Below, in pieces: positions 29,896 to 41,600 of a DNA stretch of 64,000 nt; position 1 is the stretch's first letter, and every line of letters starts with the position of its first letter. Under the pieces are notes generated by a model that saw nothing but the letters and a program-made list of their open reading frames with translations, was not told the origin of the DNA and made no database searches. The position numbers and the translations under genes were made by a program. Where the stretch lies: IMG/VR virus record IMGVR_UViG_3300036770_003016. One strand, written 5' to 3'. The stretch comes from a virus.

Positions 29896-30220
29896 TTGCT
29901 GATTCTAATATACTTAAGACTATTTTTAATTCATTATTTGCAGATGCAGAAATTTTAACTGAACTGCCTGTTTCCAAAACTAATTTACCAACTGTTCCAG
30001 ATATAGCATCAGTTTTAGGAACATCAAACTGTTTTAACAATTCATAATCTGCAACTCCATCATTTAATACAAATGTGACATTTGATGTATTTTCTGATAC
30101 ATTACTTATTTGAGCCATCAAAACTATACCAGTATAACCAGATGGAGAAGTATAAATTGTTTCTAAATTTGTTGTTACATTTGCAGTAATTGTTTTAAAA
30201 CTATTTAAAGCTGTTGCCAT
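29888..30220 (-). CDS. Small adaptor-like virion protein
   Basis: 110 aa, IYT.P.GYT.IVL.AQ.SN...KLVLETG; overlaps fibre 1 start. Confidence 0.65.
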   Translation of the reverse strand: MATALNSFKTITANVTTNLETIYTSPSGYTGIVLMAQISNVSENTSNVTFVLNDGVADYELLKQFDVPKTDAISGTVGKLVLETGSSVKISASANNELKIVLSILESANE

Positions 30221-30223
30221 ATT

Positions 30224-31627
30224 TTATCCTTCTAACGCCAATATATATGGCGTCATTACTGTGAATAAACTTCGATTGAATGTTCTACCTTCAATAGTAC
30301 CCTTTGCATTTATAAATGACAATTCACCACCTATTTGAAAATTACCATATTGATCTGTACTTGAATAAAACACTTTACCACCATTTAATTGAACTGCTTC
30401 ATTTGCAGGTATAGGTTCTCCACCTGCTATAGGTATTGCATTAGCTAATGTTGTTCCTGCACCAACATATTCAAAAGTATGCCCAGATGCACTAATAAAA
30501 CTTCTACGATAAAAATCTACCTGTGTGTCATTAGGAATTGATGTTGGCAATGTTTCTGCTACTGTAATGGTTGTTTGACCAGATACTAAGCCAGTTGTTG
30601 AAATAATTGTATAGAAAGTATTTCCTCCATCAAAAGTTGCAACATCATTCACAGCAGGTTTAGTTGAAAGACCATCAATAACTACATTTGCACGGTTAGT
30701 GTCTGGGTTTACACCGTTTGTTGAACCAGAAAATAATAGTGAACTTTTGCCATTTGCAACGAGACCTCTGTCTCCAAAAGAACTATTTGAGTTTGTAATT
30801 GAACATTGACCACCTGATTCGCAAAGAACAGATTCAGTACAGCAAATAGTAAACAAACTTACTAATTGTGCATAACCAGAATTTAAAATATGAACGCCTA
30901 TTCCACCTTGATTAAATTGTGTATATGCATCCAATACCATAGATTTTAAATTGCCAGTTACATGAGAACCATCAATTCTCATGCCTGTTCCAGTAGTGGT
31001 TATTGAAGAGCAATCTTGAACATAAGGACTTGTGGTTATATTTCCAGCAGAGCCATTAGGATTAAATGCTACTGCTGCTGCAGGAGAAACATGATCTCTG
31101 AATGTCATACCTGAAAGATAACATCCATTATTCACATAAAATAAATCTTGATTTGTTGTTTGTGGTCTTACTGTTACTGTTCTTAAATTATCACCAATAA
31201 TTGCAACACCCTCTGGAACTGTAACTGGATTTATCTCAGTATAATCTCCAGACTTTACGAAAACAGTAGTTCCAGTATTTGCAACTGCAAGTGCAGCTTT
31301 AATTGTTAGGAAAGGTTTATCTAAACTTTTGCCATCATTTGAATCATTTCCAGATTTTGATACATAGAGAACACTATCTACACCAATTAAAGAAGAAGGA
31401 ATTTGCCATTTAACACCTTCTGCTGTAGCAAATAAAGCTTCACCAACATTACCTTTTGATTTTGTAAAATCATAAAGAGCATTGGAAAGCTTTATATCAC
31501 CATTAACAGATATTAAACCATTTTCATTTATGGAAATTGTTGCTGTGTTAGATTCTGCATCATATACAAAATCTATATTTTGAGTTTGTAGTCCGTTTTT
31601 GACTACAAATTTTTTATCATTTGCCAT
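30224..31627 (-). CDS. Virion structural protein with probable pectin-lyase-like beta-helix
   Basis: YVSKSGNDSNDG.S...PF.TI..AL, G.Y.E..P..VP..V.I.GD.LR, SPYVQ.C.S, SGHTFEYVGAG. Confidence 0.7.
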   Translation of the reverse strand: MANDKKFVVKNGLQTQNIDFVYDAESNTATISINENGLISVNGDIKLSNALYDFTKSKGNVGEALFATAEGVKWQIPSSLIGVDSVLYVSKSGNDSNDGKSLDKPFLTIKAALAVANTGTTVFVKSGDYTEINPVTVPEGVAIIGDNLRTVTVRPQTTNQDLFYVNNGCYLSGMTFRDHVSPAAAVAFNPNGSAGNITTSPYVQDCSSITTTGTGMRIDGSHVTGNLKSMVLDAYTQFNQGGIGVHILNSGYAQLVSLFTICCTESVLCESGGQCSITNSNSSFGDRGLVANGKSSLLFSGSTNGVNPDTNRANVVIDGLSTKPAVNDVATFDGGNTFYTIISTTGLVSGQTTITVAETLPTSIPNDTQVDFYRRSFISASGHTFEYVGAGTTLANAIPIAGGEPIPANEAVQLNGGKVFYSSTDQYGNFQIGGELSFINAKGTIEGRTFNRSLFTVMTPYILALEG

Positions 31628-31669
31628 TTATGTTCCTTGGTTCCCTATCCCCAATGGATGTTATTATTA

Positions 31670-31677
31670 TATTTATA
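31670..31677 (-). promoter_or_regulatory. Late promoter TATAAATA
   Basis: Exact consensus overlapping the stop of 31673-32266. Confidence 0.7.
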
Positions 31678-32266
31678 TTAGCAATAGATTGCCAGATACT
31701 TTATATACGGTGTTATTTGAAGAAGTGCTTGTAGTCATTAATCGAACTGTGTTAGAATCTATGTCTACTTCCAAATCAAATAGATTGCCATTTGTTCTTA
31801 TGATGGCATATTCCGTAGCATAGGCAGTAACAGAATCATGTACAACTAGAAGTTCAGTAACTTGCCTTTTATTTGAATCTGATGCTTGAATAACAAATTT
31901 GCCAGAACCATATTTGTTTGTGGAAAAAGAATATAAAACTGTGGAAGTATTACTGGTTGTAGTTAATTCAGTACCAACTATATCAAAGGCAGAATTAACA
32001 TTTGTCTTTACTACATTTAATGTTGAATTTGCTTTGTCATATGTGAAATTAGAATTTGCACCAAGAACGCCAGAATCATTAAATTGTATTTCAGTATCTA
32101 ATCCAGAAGGGCCTGGATAGTTTTCAATTGAACTGATTGTGTTTAGATGGTTTCTATAAAATATCTTACCATCGTATGAATTTATTGCTAATTCACCAAA
32201 TTCTAATTGACTTGGTGTATTTCCGCTGGCTGTAGAATACTTTAGTTGGATTACTGTATTTGACAT
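31673..32266 (-). CDS. Fibre segment with Mtd-N-like N-terminal domain
   Basis: IQLKYS..SG..P..L.FGELAIN..DGK.FY. Confidence 0.65.
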   Translation of the reverse strand: MSNTVIQLKYSTASGNTPSQLEFGELAINSYDGKIFYRNHLNTISSIENYPGPSGLDTEIQFNDSGVLGANSNFTYDKANSTLNVVKTNVNSAFDIVGTELTTTSNTSTVLYSFSTNKYGSGKFVIQASDSNKRQVTELLVVHDSVTAYATEYAIIRTNGNLFDLEVDIDSNTVRLMTTSTSSNNTVYKVSGNLLLI

Positions 32267-32778
32267 TAAAATGAACTACCATCTAAAACCTTCTGTAGAT
32301 TATTTTCAATAACTTTAATTTCATTCTCTGCTGCAACTTTTTCTGGGTTAATTTTTTTCAATTTAGTAATTGAGATATTCTCTTCTAGTTTTGTGATGTA
32401 TGCTTTTAAATTATTTAATTCTTCTTTTAATTCTTCTAACTCTTTATTTTTTTCTATCTTTATTGAATCTATTTCTTTCTGTAAAGAAGAGTTTTTCTTC
32501 ATAGAATCATTTAATGCTGCTTGTATTCTATTTTTTTCTTCATGTGCAGAACTATTTTGTTCAGCCTTTACTTTGTAAGTTTGTAACTGATTAACTTCAT
32601 TTTTAGTAGAATTGTAAAGAGAATTTATTTCTTCAAATTTTTTTTGAAGTTCTTCCTTCTCTTTACCTGTTTTATCTACCAACTTTAGTTGCGTTTGAAA
32701 TACAAAATTTTGTTTAATAACTGAAATCAAGTTGTCAAGTAAAATTTCTTGATAAGCATTACTAAATTCAACACTCAT
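32266..32778 (-). CDS. Coiled-coil protein
   Basis: K/E-rich heptads; C-terminal LDGSSF; AGGAG SD. Confidence 0.7.
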   Translation of the reverse strand: MSVEFSNAYQEILLDNLISVIKQNFVFQTQLKLVDKTGKEKEELQKKFEEINSLYNSTKNEVNQLQTYKVKAEQNSSAHEEKNRIQAALNDSMKKNSSLQKEIDSIKIEKNKELEELKEELNNLKAYITKLEENISITKLKKINPEKVAAENEIKVIENNLQKVLDGSSF

Positions 32779-32798
32779 AAACTCTCCTATTAAATAAT

Positions 32799-34214
32799 TT
32801 AAAATGTACCGCCAGATATCATTTCAAATGTTGGAACACCTGAAGAATTGATTGTTAATACATGACCTTCTGTAGAAGAAGAAACTGTAGTTATTGCACT
32901 AGTTCCTTGGCCTAAAAGGACTCCATTTGTTGTAAATGTGTTTGCACCAGTACCACCTCTTGGAACCCCAAGTATACCAGTTGTTACTTGAGATGTGTCG
33001 ATATCAATTAATGTGTTTACTACATTTGATACTCTACCATATTCGTCTACAGTAATTACTGGAACATGTGACGCATTAGCATATGTTCCTGTTGATGTTG
33101 TATTTGCAAGTTCTAATAAACCACCAGTTCCATTACCAATTATAATTGAACCTGTTGTGAATGTATTTTGGCCTGTACCACCATCTGAAACTACAATGAC
33201 TTCAGTTAGTCCCGATACTTTACCACCAGTAATATTTGCTACAAGATTTGCAGTAACAAATGTTGGGTCAGCAATATTAATCGTATTAAAATCATGTATA
33301 AAATGATCTGTATAATTTTCAAACAGATACCATTTTCCATCTGCTGCATGACGAACAAGACCTGTATGATTATTTCCACCAACACCATAATGTGCTGTCA
33401 TACCAATATCAAGTAAATCTCCTTGATCATTGTTTGCAGCTAATAACATTATAGAGTCGTTTACTCTTATTGTTTCCGTATCGAGAGTAATTGTATTGCC
33501 AGAAACAATTAAGTTACCAGTAATTCCTAAATCACCAGTAATACTTTGATTACCAGTTGTTCGAATAACTGTATTATCAACATCAACAACGATTGTGTTT
33601 GTTGTATCATTTGCAGTTGTTGTGATACCATCACCACCTTCAAGTGTGAAGGTGTCAGTAAGTAAATCTAAAGAACCTGTTGTGGGACCATCTGCTGAAA
33701 ATGCAAGTGTTGTTGCAACATTGACTGTGTTTGCATCAGTAAGTCTACCGTCTTCATCGACAGTAAAGACAGGTATCTGTGTTGTTGAACCATATGATCC
33801 TGCATTTACTCCAGTATTGACAAGTTCTACTGTGAGTGTTACATTAGCAGCTCCATCGATTGAAACATTACCAGTTACATCTCCATCTAATCCCAAATCA
33901 AATGGTTCTTTTAATTGTGTAGCAGAATTTGAATTACCATCAATTTCTGCAATAATAAGATTACCAGTAATAACATTGAACGATGCTGAACCTTGAGCAT
34001 CACGAAGAACTAATGTTCCTGGTGTAGAAGCATCAGTTGCATCATCGATTGTTTTGGTATAAAAATAACCACCAATATTTAGAGTTCCATTGCCAGCAGG
34101 ATTTCCAATAAACAGAGTGTTACTACTATATGAATATGCCGGTTCAGCTGTATTAAGAGAAACAGGAATATCCGTTACTGTCGAGTATTTTAGTTGTATG
34201 AGTGTATTAGCCAT
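32799..34214 (-). CDS. Tail fibre-like protein with Mtd-N-like N-terminus
   Basis: IQLKYS...P.SL...E.AYS....LFIG; GDVTG, G.YG..T..PV.TVD..GR, GGTG repeats; ends ISGGTF. Confidence 0.75.
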   Translation of the reverse strand: MANTLIQLKYSTVTDIPVSLNTAEPAYSYSSNTLFIGNPAGNGTLNIGGYFYTKTIDDATDASTPGTLVLRDAQGSASFNVITGNLIIAEIDGNSNSATQLKEPFDLGLDGDVTGNVSIDGAANVTLTVELVNTGVNAGSYGSTTQIPVFTVDEDGRLTDANTVNVATTLAFSADGPTTGSLDLLTDTFTLEGGDGITTTANDTTNTIVVDVDNTVIRTTGNQSITGDLGITGNLIVSGNTITLDTETIRVNDSIMLLAANNDQGDLLDIGMTAHYGVGGNNHTGLVRHAADGKWYLFENYTDHFIHDFNTINIADPTFVTANLVANITGGKVSGLTEVIVVSDGGTGQNTFTTGSIIIGNGTGGLLELANTTSTGTYANASHVPVITVDEYGRVSNVVNTLIDIDTSQVTTGILGVPRGGTGANTFTTNGVLLGQGTSAITTVSSSTEGHVLTINSSGVPTFEMISGGTF

Positions 34215-34217
34215 TTT

Positions 34218-34418
34218 TTAAAACGAGCCTCCGGCAATGAATGGTATTGTTTTTACTGTATAAGAATTCGTATTCGCATCATAAACTAAAATCTCACCAT
34301 TATCTGGATTTGTAGCATCAACATTTGTTATTTGTCCTAGAGAAATACTAGGTTTAGGACCAATATTAACAGATGAAACAGAAGACTTATTAGGTTTAAT
34401 TGTTACTTTTATTGACAT
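34218..34418 (-). CDS. Small fibre-linker protein
   Basis: 66 aa, L..V......G.LVYD, ends AGGSF. Confidence 0.65.
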   Translation of the reverse strand: MSIKVTIKPNKSSVSSVNIGPKPSISLGQITNVDATNPDNGEILVYDANTNSYTVKTIPFIAGGSF

Positions 34419-34428
34419 ATTTATGTTT

Positions 34429-34764
34429 TTATCTAGTTACATTAGGCAATATTGTAGCTATACCTTCAAATATTCTTGTCACTGTTCCAGTACTAACTTC
34501 TTCAATTTCTACATCATAAACATATCTACCTGCTCGTATACTAGACGTAACATCTGCACCTAGTTTTAACTCTATGGAACCATTTGGAGCATCTATCATA
34601 GTAATTGTGAAATTTACTGCATTTGTAGAATAATAAGATTTTCTTAATTGTGATCTAACAGTATAACCATTTAAATTTTTTGGTAAACCAGAGGCATCAC
34701 TCACATCAACTTGTGTGACAAATGTAGAACCTGCTTCTATTTGTAGTTCAACAAAATCTGCCAA
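34429..34764 (-). CDS. Small Ig-like (BppU-like) virion protein, TTG start
   Basis: L.GYT..SQ.RKSY.S, GRYVYDVE, R..EG..T..P.VTR; AGGAG SD and CATAAATA at 34783-34790. Confidence 0.7.
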   Translation of the reverse strand: MADFVELQIEAGSTFVTQVDVSDASGLPKNLNGYTVRSQLRKSYYSTNAVNFTITMIDAPNGSIELKLGADVTSSIRAGRYVYDVEIEEVSTGTVTRIFEGIATILPNVTR

Positions 34765-34797
34765 AATACTCTCCTCTAATTCTATTTATGCTATTAA

Positions 34798-35163
34798 TTA
34801 TGGCGTACCTAAAGCAGTAATGTTGTTGGAAGTAATGAATCTTCCATATTGATCTAATGATGCTATTTTTGTTGTTCCATAATAAAAAGATAATTTGCCA
34901 TCAGCTTCTTTGATTGAAAATGTAGTTGGACTTGTAACTAATTCTTTAGCAGTATTGGCAGTATTGGCAGAATCGGCGTCTCCTCCTCCACCACCTATTG
35001 GTCCCCATTCGATTCCATCGTACCCCTCAAAGGTATCTTCATCTGTATTAAAACGAAGCATACCAACAACCGGCGGAAAAGGTCTGTTTTGTGTGGTATT
35101 GGCAGATACTCTTACGACTTCACTATCGTAAACTACATCACTGCCGTTAATTCTAAATGCCAT
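34798..35163 (-). CDS. Small fibre-module protein
   Basis: RP.....GMLRFN.D...FEGYDG.EWG.IGGG module. Confidence 0.65.
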   Translation of the reverse strand: MAFRINGSDVVYDSEVVRVSANTTQNRPFPPVVGMLRFNTDEDTFEGYDGIEWGPIGGGGGDADSANTANTAKELVTSPTTFSIKEADGKLSFYYGTTKIASLDQYGRFITSNNITALGTP

Positions 35164-35187
35164 TAATGCTCTCCTTTATCCGTATTA

Positions 35188-35436
35188 TTACCAAGAATCA
35201 GTAGAAGAAATTCTACTCCAAATATTAGAAACTCCAGTATAATCTTCTGAACAATAATATAGATAATTATTTGCCAAATAAACTGAACCTTTAATATCTC
35301 CAGTTGTACCAACAGGACTAGTAGGAGCAGTATCTACATAAAAAATAGTATTGTTCGCAAGGTCTACTAATGATTGTGTGGTTGTCAACCAATCTAAAAA
35401 AGTATTTGATGTATTTATCTGATTAACTATTGGCAT
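35188..35436 (-). CDS. Minimal fibre-anchor protein
   Basis: 82 aa, TF..W...T N-terminal anchor-like motif plus C-terminal GD..G....NYLY.C...W.R module. Confidence 0.6.
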   Translation of the reverse strand: MPIVNQINTSNTFLDWLTTTQSLVDLANNTIFYVDTAPTSPVGTTGDIKGSVYLANNYLYYCSEDYTGVSNIWSRISSTDSW

Positions 35437-35665
35437 TATTTTTTACCTCTGCGATATCTAATAACAAAGATTTGATTATCTGCATATCTTTTTCCATCTG
35501 TTCCATTCTTAATTTCATTTCTTCTTTTTCTTCGTTTTGTTTTCTACTTAATTCTTTCTTCATAAGATATTCATTTAACCCATTTTTATCTGTACTCAAA
35601 ACAGCCTTAGAATGAATATCTCTGACTAAACCTCTGTTATCCTTTATCTTCACTAAAGTTGACAT
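35423..35665 (-). CDS. Small coiled-coil protein following the VrlC-like gene
   Basis: L.RD..S.A...D...Y pattern then heptads. Confidence 0.7.
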   Translation of the reverse strand: MSTLVKIKDNRGLVRDIHSKAVLSTDKNGLNEYLMKKELSRKQNEEKEEMKLRMEQMEKDMQIIKSLLLDIAEVKNNANS

Positions 35666-35667
35666 GA

Positions 35668-38600
35668 TTAACCTCCAGGTAATGCGATTGCACGAAGTTC
35701 TTTAATTCTTGGCACATTTACAGAATCATTACTTGCCATAACAATCTTAATTGCAAAAGTTTTAAATGTATTGTATGTAATGTTGTTTGAAGTGTATGTT
35801 ATTGAATTACTTGCAACACCATTTGTACCTGGAGCATAAATCATTTCTCTAAAATCATTCTTATTAGTTGATACAAAGTTTGTACTTGTAATTGGGGTCA
35901 TTAATTGCCATTCTACATCTTCAAAAATACTTGGGTCAGATGCAGACAACATTTTAGCATAAACATATACTTCAGACTGTGCCGGTTTATACACATTGAG
36001 ATAAACACGCAAGTCACTGGAATCAAATCCATCGTTTAGTGTGACTCTTCTAGTTATGTATCTTGCTTTTGCTGGCCCACCTCGTTTACTTGTTTCACCT
36101 AAAATTATTGCTTGAGCACCAGAACCACTGGCCAAAGATATGTTTATCGTTGGTGTTGTAGTGTAACCAGAACCAGCATCAACAATATTAATTGCATCTA
36201 TTGAACCATTAACAACATTTGCTTCAGCGGTTGCACCACTACCATTTCCACCACTAATTGTTATAGTAACATCTTCAGGACCAACTATGCCAGTACCACC
36301 ATTTAATATGACGATGTTATTATTTGACAGCCCTAAATCATTAATTTGATTGTGTACTGCCAAGAAACCCATTCTAGAAATATCAATAAAAGGAGAAATG
36401 TCTGGGTTTGATGATTGTAATTGAGCACTTAATATAAATGATGCATCACCTTTTTCTACAGATAATTGTCTAGTTCCACCACCATCATTCATATCATAAT
36501 CACTGAATGGATTGATTGCTTTGTAGCCAACATAATCACCAGTTAATGTTTCGGAGTTAAACTCATACTTTAATGCTGTATTACCCATTGTGACATCTGC
36601 GGTAATCAAATGCGTGAGATCGTAAGGAACGGCTGATGTTTCTGGAAAATCTACTAAGAATTGTGCGTTTACTGGACTTGTAGAGAAAGTATATCTAAAC
36701 AGTCTAAACATCATATCAGAGTTTTGATCTGCTGTCCATGTTGAACCATTCTGAGATAAGAATAGTGAACCACCATATGGTTGTTCAGATATTAAACGAT
36801 TTGTTGTTAAATCTGTTTTACCAATCTCAGCACTATAAATTTCATACTTGTTAGAATTTGCCAAAAGAACAAAGCAGTGTTCACCAGGTTGCATGTATAG
36901 TGGTGAATTGAAAATAAAATCTGTGTATTTTGTTGGATCATCTAAACTTGGTGTGTCAGTAACTTTAACTTTATCTGGAGTCAATGTTACTGTTCCAAAT
37001 GGATATATAACAGAGCTTGATGGATATCCATTTACAGCAGGTCTTATTTGTAATGTTACTGGGATACTATCATCTTTTGATTTAAAGCAAACACGAATTT
37101 TATTCAAGAAAATTCCCTGTGGAAATTGAACTGGACTCACTAAGAAAGTTTGTGCTAATGGGTCTGTCCATACAACTGCACGACTAGTAGTTGTTGTTAC
37201 TGGCACAACTCTATCATCTTGTACATTAGTTCTTTGAATTTGTGGTACTCTAGTAGAAACAATCGTTTCTTCTACAGTATTTAATTGACCTTGAGCAAAA
37301 AATGATGCATCTCCACTTGTAGAAGATGATGACAAATCACCACTTGGACTATCCATTAATCTGAACAGTTTCTCACCAGTTCTAAATTTACCTTCTGGAA
37401 TTGTAAATATTCCGGCAACAGAACCATAAGCGTCAACTTTCATATCACCAATAGAATAAATTGATGGATTATTAGGATCAGAGTTATATGGTAAAGTTGT
37501 CCAATTTGAATTTACTGTTGCAACTCTAGTGGTTGAGTTATAATTTGTTATTGTTCGTACTTGTCCTACTCCAGTTCCTTGTACAATTCGTATTTCTTTA
37601 CCAACAAATGTACTAGAATTAATAGCTCCAGCAGCATCTTGTCTAAGTGTAATAGAATTAGATGTAGCACCTTGAGATGCAGCTCCGTTATGTTCGTAAC
37701 CAGTAACTTGATAAATTTTACCAGTGCTTTGACCTTCAATTGTGAATGATGTGCTAGAGTTGGTAAATGATTGTGTTGGAACAACATTAGTTACATAAAT
37801 TATATTATTAGATGCATGTACAACAAAAGCAGTACCAACTACTGTAGAGCCATCTTTAATTGTTATTGTTTCTGGGTCATCTAAGTTTACTCTCAATTCA
37901 ACATTATTGGTATTCAAGAAAAATTTATTAGTACGATTACCAACATTTTCTCTAACTGAAATATTATCAAAGAATGGATAAACTGTAGAATTTGGTTTAA
38001 AATCTGTTCCAATGAAAAGAATATTTTTACTTCTCATGTAAGGTATGATCGTAGAATCTACAATTCTATTACCTAAAGATTGAGTTATTGTCTCTGGGAT
38101 AATTTGATTTGCTGTACCAAATCTGCGTTGGCTCTGATCTACTGTTTGAGTAGTATGACGAACAATATCGTTTGCTCCACCAACACCAGCATTTAGATTT
38201 TGCCAATCTGCTGATCTATTATTTTGTACATCAAAACTACCATTTCTTGCTTCACCAGTACCAATAACTTGCCAACTACCCCAATCTGCTTCTGAAGCAA
38301 GAAGTTCGTTTGCAGATGCAGCAAGTAATTCCCAAGCATCTCTGTCACCAGTCAAATTGACTAATACATCTGCTTTTTGATTTATATCATACCAAATGTC
38401 ACTAGAAGGATTTAAAGTAATTTTACCTAAGAAATTAGTAATGTTGAATGGATTGACATTAATGAATCTAGAAGCTTTAGGTTGGTCTATTAATATTACA
38501 CTTGAAGCTTGAGATGTAACTAAAGCACCATTTTGTAAATAACCAGTAGAATTAGCAGTATCAAATTTTAAAGAGTAATTATAAATTTTGAAAGATGGTC

Positions 38601-41600
38601 TTAATTCTTTATTTCTACCATCAATAGATGCTTTATAATCTATATCTGTAACATCAGCAACAGAAGAGCCAGTAAATGGGTCAACTAATATACCATTTTT
38701 AAATCTAGGAATATTTTCAGAATCAATAATTGTTAAGTCTTGTTTTGTTACAGTTTCTTGTTCTAATAATGACAATGAAGTATAATACTCTAAATTCTCT
38801 ATTCGTTTTTCTAGAGAACCAATATCACGCATAGTATATCGTTTATTATTTACATATTGAACTTGTACTTGTGATGGATTAGAAACATAAGGTTGATATC
38901 TCAAAATATACAAAGTCATTGATGTATCAGTATCATTTGGTACAGCTGGAGAAAGAGATGAAACACCTTGTATCACTTCAAATTTTTTGTTTTTATCTAA
39001 AACAACTCTGTCTATTCTTGGTAAAAAGTATGAATAGTCTACTATGAAATCATCGTTTGTGAATGGAATTTTTGGACCAGTAGAACTTGGTTCAACATCA
39101 AAAAACACATTATTACCAGAACCAGTAATTGCATCAAAACGAACAGGTCTAAAGTCTAAACAGTCTCTTAATAGAAATGCATTATTTGTTCTTGGAGATA
39201 CATAAGAAGGTATTCTACCATAATCAATTTCATTGTAAGAGTCTACAGTAAAGAAACCAGAACCAGAAGATTTAAATCTATTATAGAAAACAACTATTGG
39301 CCCAACTGGTGGTCGTGCTGAAGGTTTTAAACGAATAGAAGCATGATCATAATAAGAATCTCTTTGACCATTGTCTAATGTGTATTTTGTAGTTACATCA
39401 ACTGACGATGCCAAATTAGCTTGACTAATAGATTGCCCAAGAAAATCTCTAATCTCTACTATTTCTAAAACATCTGACACAAACAAAGATTGAGATTCAT
39501 TTGGATTTTTAATTAGATAATCTTGTTGAATATGTGTCTGACCTAAATCTGTAAAAACTTGAACTATAGTATTTGAAGAACCAAATACATTTACAGGACT
39601 TGTAGTGCCAATTGTATTCACATTTGTCTCAACATACTCTTTTGCTTTTCGTGTTGGATTAGATACATTTATTGTTACTGTGATATCAGCTTCCATATTA
39701 AAAGCATCTTCAACAGTAATTCTTCTTGTTGTTGGATCTACTGTAAATTTATCTGATGGAATGACTTGACCAACAGCATACGTTGAATCATTGGGTTGTT
39801 TTACCGTTATATAATAATTTTCTGATCTTCTATTTGATGTTGTCGCAGAAGGTATACTTTCACCTGCACCTAAAGATATAGCAGAAGATGTGTTTGCAGA
39901 AAAACTCTGATTCAAATACATTCTCTTATATGAATAAGACATGTCAGAGAAAGTACTTGGCGTTATATAACTTTGACCTAATGGATAAATTAATGGTTCA
40001 TTTTCAGCTTCAGAAATAAAAACATTTTCAGCAAAGTCTTTTGAAAAATTACTAATATTAGCACCGTGTTCTAATGTGGTACTAGAAAATGAAGCAAAAG
40101 AACCAATATCTTTAATTTCAAATTCAATATTCCAAACAGAAGATGATGTTGGTGTATTAATGAAAGGTTGATTTAAAGTTACCACTTTAGTAGCACCATT
40201 ATAATCAACAATGGTTTTTACTGGTTCACCACTTCCTGGACCAGTAATAATTCTGAATTTAGCGCCAACATATGCACCACTGTAATCTGAATAATTTGAA
40301 CCACTGGCTCCCAATCCAAGTTCGGTACTAGTACTAACATTATCAAGATTCACATTTCCAGAAATACGATTGTTAATTTTTACATCAAAAACAAAAGTTC
40401 TATATGTATATGTTGAAGAATCTGAGATATCAGTAGAAGAATCAAACTCTACAGATTTAACTCTTACAGTTCCAATTTTAGTGTTTGCTATGGTTGCAGT
40501 ACTTGATGTTTTAATATTTGCTAAAGGAACACAATGCACATCTACAGTATCTAAATTATAAATTGGAAATGAACCATAGTGTTCTGTTGTGTAAATAAAA
40601 TTACCATATTCAGCAGAAATTCTTCTATTTTGTGTGTTACTTGTGATTCTTGGCTTGTCAACTGTTAAAGTAGTTGGAGAATTTGTTTCAAATTCATAGC
40701 CATAAACATATGCTTTACCTGGAGACAATGTAATATCTAATTGTGCAGAATTTGCTTCATTATTGTCTAAAGATATTTGAAACTGTTTTACTGTATAGTT
40801 ACCAGACTCATCGAATGTTCTTCTGGCTAATGATTCTTCTAATACAGAATAAATTGGATATTTGTATTCTTTTGTAATGTCGGATTCTTCAATACGAACT
40901 AATTCAATAAACAACTCATCGTCTTCAGAATCAATTGATCTGGTGTTTAGTATTAAATCTACTTTTACTCTATCTGCACCTGGTGCTTGATAATTAGAAG
41001 AACCTAAAGCAGGGTCTAATAATGATGTATCAGAGCTTGAAGAAACAACACTCTCTACAACATCAAATCCTACACGAAGAGAAACATTAGCAGAAGTATA
41101 CTTTGATAATGCTATAGTTTGTGGTAATGTTTTAACAAACAAACCCTCATAATAAAAAACACCTTCATTAACAGAAAATATTTTAGCTTCGTTTATACCA
41201 CCAGTAGCAAATATTTGTGCAAAGTATGGACTAGCATCTGTTGTTTTTACAACTTCTTCATTAGTAAATGGTTCACCATAAATTTGTTTTATAATAAAAG
41301 TTTTTGGATCACCAGTACCCTGATCTGCTTCATATACTCTAATAACTTCTGCTCTTTTTGTAGCGTCTAAAGAAGTAATAGTTTTGCCAACAAAATTGTC
41401 AACAATAACTGTGGCACCAGAATACTCAGAATTAATTTTTAATGATGTTGCATCTTGGAAAAATGTTTGACCGCCAGTAACAAGTGAACCATTTTTGAAA
41501 ACATGATTACCAAATCTTTCAACTTGTTTTTGTAATATGGATTGTATTTGAGTTAATTCTCTTGCCTGAACAGCAAAAGATGGTTTAAACAACATACGAT

